Assembly: GCA_016794005.1 (NCBI GenBank)
Contig: JAEUKY010000213.1
Location: 1 to 51,804, forward strand
DNA from: Rhodospirillales bacterium
GTDB lineage: Bacteria; Pseudomonadota; Alphaproteobacteria; CACIAM-22H2
DNA: 51,804 nt
Direction: 5' to 3'
Shown here: positions 8,290-19,826 of the stretch, piece by piece
How the letters are laid out: every line of letters begins with the position of its first letter
How positions within the stretch are numbered: the first letter of the stretch is position 1
Made by a program: the position numbers and the translations under genes
The notes under the pieces: model-generated
Seen by the model: the letters and a program-made list of their open reading frames with translations, nothing else
The model's database searches: none
Told to the model about the DNA's origin: nothing

Positions 8290-9171
8290 TTAGCGTGCCT
8301 GGTTGAAATCGGTCTCGGGCACGGACGTTTCGGGCACCGGTGCCGCCGGCGCCGCAGGGGCACTGGCGGGCGCTTCGGCGGCGTTCGCCTCGGCTTCTTC
8401 CGCGGCCTCGGCCTCGCTCTTGCGCTTCTCGATCACGTAGCCGATCCAGATCGACGCCTCGTAGAGCAGGTACATCGGGATCGCGAGCGAAAGCTGGCTC
8501 AGCACGTCGGGCGGCGTGACGACGCCGGCGAAGGCGACGACGCCGACGACCGCGTAGCGGCGCTTCTCGGCGAGCGTGGCGGCCGAAACGATGCCGACGC
8601 GCACGAGGAGGAGGAGCAGGACCGGCAGTTCGAAGCTGATGCCGAAGGCGAGGATCAGCGTCATGACGAGCGAGAGATACTCGCTCATCTTCGCTTCGAG
8701 CTGGATGGGCAACGCCCCCTCGCCCGCCGGCACTTCGAAGCTGGCGAAGAACTTCAGGGCCACCGGCAGCACGATGTAGTAGAGCAGCGCCGCTCCCATC
8801 GTGAACATCACCGGCGTTGCGACGAGGAACGGCAGGAACGCGTTCTTCTCGTGCTTGTAGAGTCCGGGGGCCACGAACATCCAGATCTGCGTCGCGATGA
8901 CGGGGAAGGCGATGCACACGCCGGCGAAGAACGCGACCTTGATGTAGGTGAAGAACGCTTCGGTCGGCGCGGTGAAGATCATCCGGCGGCCGGACTGGCC
9001 GTCGAATACCTGCTGCAGCGGATCGACGAGGAAATTGAAGATCTGGGTATGGAAGTAATAGGCGAGGATGAAGCACGCCAAGAACGCGAGGATCGAATAG
9101 AGCAGCCGCTGGCGCAGCTCGACCAGATGTTCGAGCAGCGGCATTTTCTTGTCGTCGAGTTCGTCAGCCAC
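8290..9171 (-). CDS. tatC: Twin-arginine translocase subunit TatC
   Basis: MPLLEHLVELRQRLLYS.. followed by a multi-TM body. Downstream of tatB. GTG at 9171, with an alternative ATG at 9144. Confidence 0.95.
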   Translation of the reverse strand: MADELDDKKMPLLEHLVELRQRLLYSILAFLACFILAYYFHTQIFNFLVDPLQQVFDGQSGRRMIFTAPTEAFFTYIKVAFFAGVCIAFPVIATQIWMFVAPGLYKHEKNAFLPFLVATPVMFTMGAALLYYIVLPVALKFFASFEVPAGEGALPIQLEAKMSEYLSLVMTLILAFGISFELPVLLLLLVRVGIVSAATLAEKRRYAVVGVVAFAGVVTPPDVLSQLSLAIPMYLLYEASIWIGYVIEKRKSEAEAAEEAEANAAEAPASAPAAPAAPVPETSVPETDFNQAR

Positions 9172-9183
9172 GGGAGATTCGGA

Positions 9184-9600
9184 TCAGTTCGCTTTTGCGG
9201 CGGCGGAAACGGGTGCGGCGGTCTCAACGGGCGCCGCGACCGCGGGCGCCGGTGCGGGAGCCGGCGGCGCGGGCGGAGGCGGAAGTTCCGAAATGGCCGG
9301 CATCTCGGGCGGCGCCAACGCCTTCTGGATCTCGCCCTTCGGATCGATCGCGTTCTGGATGGCGCCGGAAAGTCCGCCCGACGTGACGCTCGTCACGGAC
9401 TGGACCTTCTTCTTCACTTCCTCGAGTTCGGCCTCGCGGATCATGTCGTCGACGTTGTTCTGGAACTCGCGCGCCATCGTGCGCGCTTTTCCCATGAACT
9501 TGCCCATCGTGCGCAGGGCATTCGGGAGTTCCTTCGGGCCGATGAAAATCACCGCCACGGCCCCGATCAGCACGATCTCGCCCCAACTCAGATCCAGCAT
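9184..9600 (-). CDS. tatB: Twin-arginine translocase subunit TatB
   Basis: MLDLSWGEIVLIGAVAVIFIGPKELP.. followed by an amphipathic helix and a Pro/Ala tail. Confidence 0.9.
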   Translation of the reverse strand: MLDLSWGEIVLIGAVAVIFIGPKELPNALRTMGKFMGKARTMAREFQNNVDDMIREAELEEVKKKVQSVTSVTSGGLSGAIQNAIDPKGEIQKALAPPEMPAISELPPPPAPPAPAPAPAVAAPVETAAPVSAAAKAN

Positions 9601-9636
9601 GGCGTTACCGCGCGCCTTCCCCGGCAGCCGTCCGGA

Positions 9637-9876
9637 CTAGACCTTCGGCTTCTCGGCGGATGCGTCGTGGGCGGTTGCCGGCGTCGCGGTCACCTGAGGG
9701 GCTGCACCGGCCTGCGCAGGCTGGGCGGCATCCGCTTCGTCGTCTTTCATGCCCTTCTTGAACGCCTTGATGCCCGAAGCCATGTCGCCCATCAGCTTGG
9801 GGATCTTGCCCGCGCCGAAAAGAAGCAGCACGACCACCAGAAGGATCAGCCAGTGCCAGATGCTCGTCATACCCAT
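9637..9876 (-). CDS. tatA: Twin-arginine translocase subunit TatA
   Basis: [47 protein letters not shown] lies 8 nt upstream of the ATG at 9876. The upstream part of ORF ..9927 is rejected. Confidence 0.9.
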   Translation of the reverse strand: MGMTSIWHWLILLVVVLLLFGAGKIPKLMGDMASGIKAFKKGMKDDEADAAQPAQAGAAPQVTATPATAHDASAEKPKV

Positions 9877-10021
9877 CGAAGTCGCTCCCGTGAATGCGAA
9901 GACCGGATCGCTAGAACGCTGTTTCAAAAAGCGTTCCGGGCGGACCGCCGGTCGAAGTCGGGGCGGAGTGTGGCAGACGCGCGCGCCTACCGCAACCGCT
10001 CCCGGGCGGAATTTCTACCCC

Positions 10022-11137
<1,116 letters not shown>

Positions 11138-11177
11138 GACCGGGGCAAGCTAGGCGACGTCCGCCCCGGGCGCAACT

Positions 11178-11963
11178 TCACTCGGCGCGGGGCGTCTCGG
11201 CGGGGGCTTCGCCGGCCGACATCTCGCGGTCGTCGACCAGTTCCGGCTCGTTCTCGGCCGCCTCGCCCATCTCGGGCTGCGCGGCGAGGCCGCTATCCTC
11301 GCTGTAGGCGCTGACGGCCGGGCGCGTATCGAGCAGGCCCAGTTCGCCCAGTTCGCGAAGACCGGGCAGCGCCTTGATCCCGTCGAGCCCGAAATGCTCG
11401 AGGAACCTGTCGGTGGTCGCGTAGGTGACCGGCCGCCCCGGCGTCTCGCGCACGCCCTTGGGACCGACGAAGCCGGCTTCCATCAGGATCTCGAGCGTGC
11501 CCTTCGACAGCGCCACGCCGCGGATCTCCTCGATCTCGGCGCGCGTGACCGGCTTGTCCTCGGCCGTCTGGTACGCGACGATCGCGAGCGTCTCGAGGGC
11601 GGCACGGCTCAGCTTGCGCGACTGGACGCGCTCTATCTTGAGCTTGTCGGCCACGTCGGCGGCCGTGCGGAACGCGTACTTGCCCGCGACGCGCACGAAA
11701 TTGACGCCGCGTGCCGAATAGGTTTCCTCGATTTCGGCCAGCACCGCCTTCACGTCGACGCTCTTCGGCAGCCGGCGGGCGATATCCTTGACGCTCAGCA
11801 TCTCGGACGAGGCGAAGACGAGCGCTTCGACGACGCGCACCGCCTGGGCGTGGAGTTCTTCGGGCGGAAGCTCGACGACATCCGTTTCCGGCGTTTCGGC
11901 GACGGGGGCGGTCTCGTCGGCCGCTTCGGTTTCCGGTTCGGCGATCTCGGTGGACGTATTCAT
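11178..11963 (-). CDS. scpB: Segregation and condensation protein B
   Basis: VVEALVFASSEMLSVKDIARRL..LSRAALETLAIVAYQ..PVTRAEIEEIRGV. The ATG overlaps the scpA stop (ATGA). Confidence 0.9.
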   Translation of the reverse strand: MNTSTEIAEPETEAADETAPVAETPETDVVELPPEELHAQAVRVVEALVFASSEMLSVKDIARRLPKSVDVKAVLAEIEETYSARGVNFVRVAGKYAFRTAADVADKLKIERVQSRKLSRAALETLAIVAYQTAEDKPVTRAEIEEIRGVALSKGTLEILMEAGFVGPKGVRETPGRPVTYATTDRFLEHFGLDGIKALPGLRELGELGLLDTRPAVSAYSEDSGLAAQPEMGEAAENEPELVDDREMSAGEAPAETPRAE

Positions 11964-12805
11964 TGCGTTGTCCTGTCGACGGGGAATTCGGCGATCTGGT
12001 TTTCCGGCGGCCGACGCAGATAGATCGGCCCGAAGGTGCTGTCCTGGCGGATCTGCAGGCGGCCGGTGCGCACGAGTTCCAGCGTGGCGGAAAGCGTGGC
12101 CGCGACATGGCTGCGCCCGACCGTGTCGTCGCGGAGACCGGAGGGCAGGAACGACTGGAGCGTCGTCCAGTCCGGGATGACCATGCTGCCCAGCATATGC
12201 GACAGCCGTTCGATCGCCGCCTCCATCGTGTCGAGTTCGGTCGCCACGATGCGCAGGACGGGCTTCTCCGACGTGCGGTTGCGGTACTCGGCATAGGCTT
12301 TCAGCAGGTCGATGAGCTTGATGTCCCAGACCTCGGTCGTCTCGACCGGCACACCCTCGGGCATGCCGCGCACGAAAACGTCGCGTCCAAGCAGGCCGCG
12401 TCCCATCAGGCGGGCACCCGCCTCCTGCATCGCCTGCAGACGCTGGAGCTGATAGCGAAGTGCGGCTTCCATCTGGGCCGCCGTCGGTTCCGGCTCCGGT
12501 TCTTCCGGCGTGGGCGGCAGCAGCAGCTTCGATTTCAGGAAGGCGAGCCAAGCCGCCATGACGAGATAGTCGGCCGCGATTTCCAGACGCAGCCGCTTGG
12601 CGGCCGCGATGAAGGCCAGATACTGCTCGGCAAGCGCGAGGATCGAAATGCGCGTCAGGTCGACCTTCTGGTCGCGCGCCAGCCCGAGCAGCAGGTCGAT
12701 CGGCCCGTCATAGGCACCCAGATTGACGACGAGCGACCCGTCGTCGGCCACCAGCGGCGGCCGTTCCGGGTCGGCTTCGAAACTCGTATCGGCGGGCGCA
12801 GTCAT
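11960..12805 (-). CDS. scpA: Segregation and condensation protein A
   Basis: FDGPIDLLLGLARDQKVDLTRISILALAEQYLAFI pattern, immediately upstream of scpB. Confidence 0.9.
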   Translation of the reverse strand: MTAPADTSFEADPERPPLVADDGSLVVNLGAYDGPIDLLLGLARDQKVDLTRISILALAEQYLAFIAAAKRLRLEIAADYLVMAAWLAFLKSKLLLPPTPEEPEPEPTAAQMEAALRYQLQRLQAMQEAGARLMGRGLLGRDVFVRGMPEGVPVETTEVWDIKLIDLLKAYAEYRNRTSEKPVLRIVATELDTMEAAIERLSHMLGSMVIPDWTTLQSFLPSGLRDDTVGRSHVAATLSATLELVRTGRLQIRQDSTFGPIYLRRPPENQIAEFPVDRTTQ

Positions 12806-12915
12806 CGGAAAATCAGCTCGCTCGCGTTTGCCGGCATTGCCTTGACTCGTTCAGCTGACATTTCACCGTAACTTCGATACGCAAGAAACTGTAACGGAAG
12901 GATAAATTGAATGGT

Positions 12916-12936
12916 GAGCGTCGCGACTCGACGCTC
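12916..12936 (-). terminator. Perfect 8-bp GC-rich hairpin (GAGCGTCG-5 nt-CGACGCTC), a possible weak terminator after the GST gene
   Basis: Read directly. On the minus strand it is followed by ACCATTCAATTTATCC, which is only modestly T-rich. It lies about 90 nt after the GST stop. Confidence 0.25.
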
Positions 12937-13025
12937 CGGTCCTCAATTTGGATACTCCATGGATCGGGACGACGGAAGCACCACCTTTTCCACAGATTTC
13001 CGGCATCCGATGTCCGTCGGCGGGG

Positions 13026-13682
13026 TCAGGCCGGTTCCTTATCGCGCGTCGCCCACATCGATTTGAAGGCCGGGCGGGACTGGCAGTCGGCAAGCCACGC
13101 CTTGACGTTCGGCGCCGCGTCGAAAAGCGCGGTCGCCGGCGTTGCGTAGCGGACGATTTCGGCCACGTTGATGTCCGCGACCGTGAAACGTCCGCCGACG
13201 AGGTATTTTCCGGCACCGACCGACCCGTCGAGAAACGCGAACCGGCTGCGCAGTGCCTCGACCGAGGCGGCCGCAAGCTTGGCGTCGCGCTCGGCCGGCG
13301 GCTTGCCGACCATGTTGTAGAGCACCTGGATCGAGTGCGGCTCGACCTCGGTCGCGGCCCAGAACGACCACATCTCGATCTGGCCGTCCTCGGCCGGCGT
13401 CGCCGGGGCGAGCGGGCCGCCGTGCTTGCGCGCGAGATAGAGATTGATCGCGAGCGATTCGTGCAGCACGAGACCGCCGTCGTCGACCGACGGAATGCGC
13501 GCGAAGGGGTTCACCTTCAGGAATTCCGGGCTTTGCGTGTTGAGCGGCGCGCCCTTGGCAAGCGGATCGGGCACGCGGTTGGCCTGGATGACGGGAACGT
13601 GCTTGAACGGAATGCCCAATTCGTTGGCAAGCCAGATGATGCGCGACGCGCGCGAGCGGTAGACGCCGTAGATCGTCAGCAC
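13026..13682 (-). CDS. Glutathione S-transferase
   Basis: LTIYGVYRSRASRIIWLANELGIPF..NPFARIPSVDDGGLVLHESLAINLYLA (thioredoxin-like GST N-domain). GTG start with AAGGAG 8 nt upstream. Confidence 0.9.
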   Translation of the reverse strand: MLTIYGVYRSRASRIIWLANELGIPFKHVPVIQANRVPDPLAKGAPLNTQSPEFLKVNPFARIPSVDDGGLVLHESLAINLYLARKHGGPLAPATPAEDGQIEMWSFWAATEVEPHSIQVLYNMVGKPPAERDAKLAAASVEALRSRFAFLDGSVGAGKYLVGGRFTVADINVAEIVRYATPATALFDAAPNVKAWLADCQSRPAFKSMWATRDKEPA

Positions 13683-13709
13683 GTGGGGACTCCTTCGCTT
13701 CGTATCGGT

Positions 13710-14738
13710 TCAGCCGACCAGGAACTCGCTCAGTTCCGCCTCGGCGCGGGCCACGTCGAAGCCGGCATTGGCGCGGGAATTGCGCATCCGCACGCCGGCG
13801 GCCACACGCTCGGCACCGTCGTCGTCGAGCGGTCGCGCGGAAAGCGCCACCTGTTCCATCTCGGCGAAATCGCCGTTGCAATGCAGGACCACGTCGCAGC
13901 CCGCGAAAAGGCAGGCGCGCGTGCGCTCCGCCATCGTGCCGGCGAGCGCCTGCATCGACAGGTCGTCGGACAGCAGCAGGCCGCCGAAGCCGATATGCCG
14001 GCGGATCACGTTCTCGATCAGATAGGCCGACGTCGTCGCCGGGCGCTCGGGATCGATCGCGAGGAATTTCACGTGCGCGGTCATCGCCCAGGGAAGGTCC
14101 GCCAGCGCCTTGAACGGCGCGAAGTCGGTGCGCTCCAGCTCGGCGCGCGAAGCATCGACGGTCGGAAGTTCGTGATGGCTGTCCGACCGCGCGCGGCCGT
14201 GGCCGGGCATGTGCTTGACGACCGGGATTACGCCGCCGTCGAGAAGCCCGTCGGCCACGGCGCGTCCGTAGGCGGCGATCATCGCCGGATCGGCGCCATA
14301 GGCCCTGTCGCCGATCACGTCGTGCGAGCCGGGGATCGGAACGTCGGCCACGGGCGCACAATCGACATCGACGCCCAATTCGGAAAGCTCGGCGGCAATC
14401 AGCCGGAAATTCGTCCGCACTGCCGCGATGGCGGCCGCCTGCCCGCGGACGGCAGCACGTTCGACGAAGGCCCGGGCCGGCGGCGATTTGCGCCAGTGCG
14501 GCGGCCGCAGGCGCGCCACGCGACCGCCTTCCTGGTCGATCAGGACCGGCGCATCGGCGCGACCGACCGCCTCGCGGAACGAGGCGACGAGCGCCTTCGT
14601 GGCGTCCGGCGTGGAGATGTTGCGCGCGAAGATGATGAATCCGAGCGGATCGGATTCGCGGATGAACCGGAACTCGTCCGGCGAGAGGGCGGTGCCGGCG
14701 CATCCGAAGATCGCGGCGAGCGGGTGGCGTCTGGTCAT
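13710..14738 (-). CDS. nagZ: Beta-N-acetylhexosaminidase NagZ
   Basis: VLIDQEGGRVARL..KHMPGHGRARSDSHHELP..LLSDDLSMQAL (GH3 motifs). Its ATG shares one nucleotide with the upstream SPOR gene stop (TGATG). Confidence 0.9.
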   Translation of the reverse strand: MTRRHPLAAIFGCAGTALSPDEFRFIRESDPLGFIIFARNISTPDATKALVASFREAVGRADAPVLIDQEGGRVARLRPPHWRKSPPARAFVERAAVRGQAAAIAAVRTNFRLIAAELSELGVDVDCAPVADVPIPGSHDVIGDRAYGADPAMIAAYGRAVADGLLDGGVIPVVKHMPGHGRARSDSHHELPTVDASRAELERTDFAPFKALADLPWAMTAHVKFLAIDPERPATTSAYLIENVIRRHIGFGGLLLSDDLSMQALAGTMAERTRACLFAGCDVVLHCNGDFAEMEQVALSARPLDDDGAERVAAGVRMRNSRANAGFDVARAEAELSEFLVG

Positions 14739-15604
14739 CAGCGCACTACGTTGCAGCCTGCGCCGCGCGCGCGCAAGGCATCGCATGCGGCCCGGGCGGC
14801 TTCGGGGCTTGCGAAGGGGCCGGCCTGAACGCGGATGAAAACGCCGCGATCGCCCAGGTCTGCCGGAACGAACTGCGGCGCGAGACCGCCGAGCAGATCG
14901 GAATACTGGCGGGCGACGCGCGCCCATTCGCGCTGCGCGTCGGCCATGTCGCGGACCGAGGCAAGCTGGATGCGCGCACCCGCCCCCGCCTGCGTCGACG
15001 CCGGAGCGGCCAGCGGTGGTGGAGGTGCGGGTATCGGCCGGGCCGTCGCCGGCGGCGGCCCGGCAGGTGCCGGGGGCGGAACCGTCGCGGCCGGCGCCGT
15101 ACGAGCGGGCGCTGCAGGCGTGACGACCACCGCATCGGGCGGCACCACGATTTCGGGCACGGCAGGGATCGCGGCGACGGGTGCCGGCGGCGGTTGCGGG
15201 CGCGGCATCGGCGCCTCCGGTCCCGGCATCAGGCGTTCGCCCGGCCGCGCGGGAGCGGATGCGGGTGCGCGTCCCGCCGAAGCGCCGCTACTTTGCTGTC
15301 CGACGCGGTCGTAGATCTCGGTGTTCTGGAACGGAACCTCGATACCGCCGGGATTCTCGGGCTTCACCTTCATCGGCCGCGGATCGGCGCGCACGACCGG
15401 AATGTTGGCCGGATCGAGCGTCCCGTCGCGGTTCTGGACGAAGTAATAGGCGACCAGGCTTCCGAAGCCCACGATGACGGCGAACGCGAAAACCGCCCCG
15501 AAAGCGCGCATGCCGACCCTGCCCGACGGCTTGCCGGCGGCGACACGTTCGTGCGCCGGTTCGCCGTCGACCTTCAGGATGGGGCTGGCACCTTCGGGCA
15601 GCAT
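14738..15604 (-). CDS. SPOR-domain membrane protein
   Basis: One TM (AFGAVFAFAVIVGFGSLVAYYF), a long Pro/Ala linker and a C-terminal SPOR-like block RIQLASVRDMADAQREW..VFIRVQAGPFASPEAARAACDALRARGAGC. Confidence 0.85.
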   Translation of the reverse strand: MLPEGASPILKVDGEPAHERVAAGKPSGRVGMRAFGAVFAFAVIVGFGSLVAYYFVQNRDGTLDPANIPVVRADPRPMKVKPENPGGIEVPFQNTEIYDRVGQQSSGASAGRAPASAPARPGERLMPGPEAPMPRPQPPPAPVAAIPAVPEIVVPPDAVVVTPAAPARTAPAATVPPPAPAGPPPATARPIPAPPPPLAAPASTQAGAGARIQLASVRDMADAQREWARVARQYSDLLGGLAPQFVPADLGDRGVFIRVQAGPFASPEAARAACDALRARGAGCNVVR

Positions 15605-15607
15605 CGG

Positions 15608-17365
15608 CTAGCGCATCTCCTCGGCGGGACGCACGCCGAGCAGTTCGAGCCCGGATGCGACGGTAAGGCCGAGCGCGCGCAACAACGCCAGGCGCGCCAG
15701 CGTGAGAGCGCGGTCTTCGGGCACGACGAAGCGCAACGCCGTCTCGTGGTTGCCGCGGCTCCACAGCGCATGGAACTGCGACGCAAGATCGTAGAGCCAG
15801 AACGCGACGCGATGCGGTTCGCCCGCGTCGGCCGCCGCCTCGAGCATGCGCGGGAAACCGGAAATCTGCCGCAGCAGCGCCAGTTCCTCGGCGTCGCAGA
15901 TGCGGTCGAGATCGGCCTTGGCCAGTGCGGCATCCGACGTGTCGATGCCCGGGAACGCCTGCTGCGCCTGCCGGAACGCCGAGCGGTGGCGCGCATGCGC
16001 GTACTGCACGTAGAAGACCGGGTTGTCCTTCGACTGCTCGCGGACCTTCGCGTAGTCGAAATCGAGGTGCTGGTCCTGCTTGCGCGTCAACATGACGAAG
16101 CGCACGACGTCGGCGCCGACCTCGTCGACCACGTCGCGCAGCGTGACGAAGTTGCCCGAGCGCTTCGACATCTTCACCGGCTCGCCCTTGTCCATCAGAT
16201 TGACCATCTGGCAGAGCTTGACTTCGAAGCTGGCGCGCCCTTCGGACAGCGCCTTGACCGCCGCGTCGACGCGCTTGACGTAGCCGCCGTGGTCGGCGCC
16301 CCACACGTCGATCAGACGCACGAAGCCGCGCCGGTACTTGTCGAGATGGTAGGCCATGTCCGCCGCGAAGTACGTCCAGCTCCCGTCGGACTTGCGCAGC
16401 GGCCGGTCGACGTCGTCGCCGAACTCCGTCGCCTTGAACAGAAGCTGGGGGCGCGGCTCCCAGTCGTCGGGCTTCATGCCCTTGGGCGGCTCGAGCACGC
16501 CGGTATAGACGAGATCGCGCAGCTTCAGTCGGTCGATCGCCTCCTCGACGCGCCCCTCGCCCACGATGTTGCGACGCTCGCTCGTGAACACCGCATGGCG
16601 CACGCCCAGTGCGGCGAGATCCGCGCGGATCAGGTCCATCATCGCCGAGATGGCGAACTCGCGGAACTCGGCCAGCCAGTCGGCTTCCGGTGCCGCGCGG
16701 TACTTCTCGCCGAACTTTGCCGCCAGATCCTTGCCGACCTGGATCAGGTACTCGCCCGGATAGTAGCCTTCCGGGATCGGGCCGATATTTTCGCCGAGCG
16801 CTTCGCGATAGCGCAGATGCGCCGATCGCGCGAGCGTGTCGACCTGCGCGCCGGCATCGTTGATGTAGTATTCGCGCGTCACCGCAAAGCCGGTCTTGTC
16901 GAGCAGCGAGGCGAGCGCGTCGCCCACCACGGCGCCGCGGCAATGGCCGACATGCATCGGCCCGGTCGGGTTCGCCGACACGTACTCGACGTTCACGGGG
17001 CGACCGCCGCCGGCCTTGCCCGAGCCATAGGCCGTTCCCTGTGCGAGGATCGCGCGGACGAGATCGCGCCAGATCGACACGTTGAGACGCAGGTTGACGA
17101 AACCCGGCCCGGCGATTTCCGTCTTCTCGACGCGCGGGTCGGCGGAAAGCTTGTCGGCGAGCATCTGCGCCACGTCGCGCGGCTTCGTCCCCGCCCCCTT
17201 CGCAAGCACGAGTGCCGCGTTCGTCGACAGGTCGCCGTGCGACGGATCGCGCGGCGGTTCGACGACCGCGCGCGCAAGATCGAGACCCGGCGGCAGTTTG
17301 CCTTCCGCGACCAGCGCTTCGAGCGCCACGCCGAGTGCGGCATGGAAGTCGGCGAAGATGTTCAT
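15608..17365 (-). CDS. argS: Arginine--tRNA ligase
   Basis: [12 protein letters not shown].., HIGH-type [22 protein letters not shown] motif. The ATG overlaps the dgt stop (ATGA). Confidence 0.95.
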   Translation of the reverse strand: MNIFADFHAALGVALEALVAEGKLPPGLDLARAVVEPPRDPSHGDLSTNAALVLAKGAGTKPRDVAQMLADKLSADPRVEKTEIAGPGFVNLRLNVSIWRDLVRAILAQGTAYGSGKAGGGRPVNVEYVSANPTGPMHVGHCRGAVVGDALASLLDKTGFAVTREYYINDAGAQVDTLARSAHLRYREALGENIGPIPEGYYPGEYLIQVGKDLAAKFGEKYRAAPEADWLAEFREFAISAMMDLIRADLAALGVRHAVFTSERRNIVGEGRVEEAIDRLKLRDLVYTGVLEPPKGMKPDDWEPRPQLLFKATEFGDDVDRPLRKSDGSWTYFAADMAYHLDKYRRGFVRLIDVWGADHGGYVKRVDAAVKALSEGRASFEVKLCQMVNLMDKGEPVKMSKRSGNFVTLRDVVDEVGADVVRFVMLTRKQDQHLDFDYAKVREQSKDNPVFYVQYAHARHRSAFRQAQQAFPGIDTSDAALAKADLDRICDAEELALLRQISGFPRMLEAAADAGEPHRVAFWLYDLASQFHALWSRGNHETALRFVVPEDRALTLARLALLRALGLTVASGLELLGVRPAEEMR

Positions 17366-18540
17366 GCGGCCGCTCCGACCAGGCGCGCATGCTCCTTGAG
17401 CGCGAAATTGTCGGTCATCCCGGCGATATAATCCGCGACGGCACGGGCACCGGCACGCGCCTGCCACTGCACGGGCAGCTGCGCCGGATCGGCCATGTAG
17501 CGGTCGAAAAGGACGCGCACGACGCGGCGCGCCTTCGAAGTCATCTCGTTGACGGTCGGATGTCTGTACATGCGTTCGAAAAGAAACCCCTTGATCGCGG
17601 CCATTTGATGGCCGAACGGAACGGAAAAGGCGACGACCGGATGGTCGAGATGCCGGATTGCGTCGGCGGAATCCGGGCGGGCTGTCGCGATGCGCGCGCG
17701 CGTCTCGCCGAGCGCGTCGTCGACCATGGCGCCGACCAGACGACGGACAAGCTCGCCCGCAAGGCGCGCCGGCTCGATACCGGGATGCCGGGCACGGATC
17801 GCGGCACAGGTCGGCCCGACGAGCGGCAGGTCGGCAAGATCGTCGATTCCGAACAGCCCTGCGCGCAGCCCGTCGTCGAGATCGTGCGCGTTGTATGCAA
17901 TGTCGTCGGCAAGGGCGGCGACCTGCGCTTCCGCACCGGGAAACGTGTCGAGTTCCAGATCGTGTCCGGACACGTATTCGGCGACCGCCGCCGGCAGCGG
18001 CGGATGCAGCGGGCCGTTGTGCTTGACGACACCTTCGAGGCTTTCCCACGTCAGGTTCAGGCCGTCGAAGCCGACATGCCGGCATTCCAGCTTCGTCAGA
18101 ACGCGCAGCGTCTGCGCGTTGTGGTCGAAGCCGCCATAGGGCGCCATGGCGGCATGCAACGCCTCCTCGCCCGCATGGCCGAAGCAGGTGTGGCCGAGGT
18201 CGTGGGCCAGCGCCACGCATTCGGTAAGATCCTCGTCCAGCCCGAGCGTGCGCGCGAGCGTGCGGGCGATCTGCGACACTTCGAGCGAATGGGTAAGGCG
18301 CGTGCGGAAATGGTCGCTCTCGTGCGCAACGAAGACCTGCGTCTTGTGCTTGAGACGCCGGAAGGCGGTCGAATGGATGACCCGGTCGCGGTCGCGCTGG
18401 AAGGCGGAGCGCAGCGCGCTCTCCGGCTCGGGAACGCGGCGACCCCGGCTAAGTTGCGGAAAGCACGCGAAAACCGCCCGCCCGCTCCGTTCCGGCGGCA
18501 AGGCACGCAAAGTCGACTCGGCTGGGAGAATCCCTTGCAT
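17362..18540 (-). CDS. dgt: dGTP triphosphohydrolase-like HD-domain protein
   Basis: [54 protein letters not shown]. Confidence 0.9.
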   Translation of the reverse strand: MQGILPAESTLRALPPERSGRAVFACFPQLSRGRRVPEPESALRSAFQRDRDRVIHSTAFRRLKHKTQVFVAHESDHFRTRLTHSLEVSQIARTLARTLGLDEDLTECVALAHDLGHTCFGHAGEEALHAAMAPYGGFDHNAQTLRVLTKLECRHVGFDGLNLTWESLEGVVKHNGPLHPPLPAAVAEYVSGHDLELDTFPGAEAQVAALADDIAYNAHDLDDGLRAGLFGIDDLADLPLVGPTCAAIRARHPGIEPARLAGELVRRLVGAMVDDALGETRARIATARPDSADAIRHLDHPVVAFSVPFGHQMAAIKGFLFERMYRHPTVNEMTSKARRVVRVLFDRYMADPAQLPVQWQARAGARAVADYIAGMTDNFALKEHARLVGAAA

Positions 18541-18685
18541 GACCCGGGCAAGCTAACGTCGGGCACCCGCCCCCGCAATGTCGAATCCCCACAGCCGGCC
18601 AAGGGATGTTTTGCGTTCGTTCGCATCCGTCCATTGACATCGCGGGAACAATTCTTAACTGTTGGGCAAGATCAGGAGCTCGACC

Positions 18686-19042
18686 ATGACCGACGCCACC
18701 GTCGCCGACACGCCGAAGACCGTCAACGTGACGGAATCCGCGGCCAAGCGCATCGCCTTCATCCTCTCGCAGGAGGAACACAAGGGCATGATGCTGCGTA
18801 TCTCCGTGTCCGGCGGCGGCTGCTCGGGCTTCCAGTACGGTTTCACGTTCGACGACGCGCCCGCGCAAGGCGACCTTGTCGTCGAGCGCGACGGCGCCAC
18901 GGTAGTCATCGACGAAACATCGCTCGAACTGCTGGGCGGTTCGCAGATCGACTATGTCGAGGACATGATCGGCTCGTCGTTCCAGATCAAGAACCCGATC
19001 GCCAAGAGTTCCTGCGGTTGCGGCAACTCGTTCTCGGTCTAG
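18686..19042 (+). CDS. erpA: Iron-sulfur cluster insertion protein (HesB/IscA/ErpA family)
   Basis: LRISVSGGGCSGFQYGF..NPIAKSSCGCGNSF. AGGAG lies 7 nt upstream of the ATG at 18686. Confidence 0.9.
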   Translation: MTDATVADTPKTVNVTESAAKRIAFILSQEEHKGMMLRISVSGGGCSGFQYGFTFDDAPAQGDLVVERDGATVVIDETSLELLGGSQIDYVEDMIGSSFQIKNPIAKSSCGCGNSFSV

Positions 19043-19052
19043 AGAACCCTCC

Positions 19053-19826
19053 TTGAAGATCGCGACCTGGAACGTGAATTCGGTGCGCGCGCGTGCACCG
19101 CATCTGGTCGCGTGGCTGAAGCAGGCCTCGCCCGACGTCGCCCTCCTTCAGGAACTGAAGTGCGTCGATGCCGAGTTTCCGGCAATGGAAATCGAGACGC
19201 TGGGCTACAACATCGCCACGCACGGCCAGAAGACCTACAACGGGGTCGCGATCCTCGCAAAAGGCCCGATCGAGGACGTCGTGCGCGGCCTTCCGGGCGA
19301 TCCGTCCGACGAACAGTCGCGCTATATCGAAGCAACGGTCGGCACCGTGCGCGTCGCGTCGATCTATCTGCCCAACGGCAATCCGCAGCCGGGCCCGAAA
19401 TTCGACTACAAGCTCGCCTGGATGACACGGCTTGCAGATCACGCGCGCGGACTGCTCGCCCTCGAAATGCCGGTCGTGCTCGGCGGCGACTACAATGTTT
19501 GCCCGACCGGCGCCGACGTGTGGGACGAGAAGGCGATGGCCGGCGATGCGCTTGTCCAGCCGCAGTCGCGCGCGGCGTGGCGCACGCTCGTCCATCAGGG
19601 CTGGACCGACGCGCTGCGCCAGCGCCATCCGAACGCCCGGATGTTCACGTACTGGGACTATTTCCGCGACCGGTTCACGCACGACCATGGCCTGCGCATC
19701 GACCATCTGCTGCTGTCGCCGCAGGCGGCGGACAGGCTGGAGGACGCCGGTGTCGACCGGACGCCGCGCGGCTGGGAAAAGCCGTCGGACCACACGCCGG
19801 CTTTCGTGGAAATCCGCGCAGCCTAG
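19053..19826 (+). CDS. xthA: Exodeoxyribonuclease III
   Basis: [37 protein letters not shown] start. Confidence 0.95.
   Translation: MKIATWNVNSVRARAPHLVAWLKQASPDVALLQELKCVDAEFPAMEIETLGYNIATHGQKTYNGVAILAKGPIEDVVRGLPGDPSDEQSRYIEATVGTVRVASIYLPNGNPQPGPKFDYKLAWMTRLADHARGLLALEMPVVLGGDYNVCPTGADVWDEKAMAGDALVQPQSRAAWRTLVHQGWTDALRQRHPNARMFTYWDYFRDRFTHDHGLRIDHLLLSPQAADRLEDAGVDRTPRGWEKPSDHTPAFVEIRAA

Noticed and set aside
12916-12990. tRNA-like 3' end (..GCTCACCA on the minus strand)
   Set aside because: The adjacent hairpin is 8 bp with a 5-nt loop, not a T-arm, and no cloverleaf can be drawn.
15194-17431. 745-aa plus-strand ORF
   Set aside because: It is antisense to argS, has no recognisable motifs and shows the same GC-driven artefact.
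17362-18540. dGTPase as a possible anti-phage nucleotide-depletion gene
   Set aside because: It sits in a housekeeping context (ATGA-coupled to argS, divergent from erpA-xthA). There are no mobile-element or defence neighbours.
18570-18595. TCGAATCC T-loop-like motif in the dgt/erpA spacer
   Set aside because: There are no flanking T-stem or acceptor-stem complementarities.
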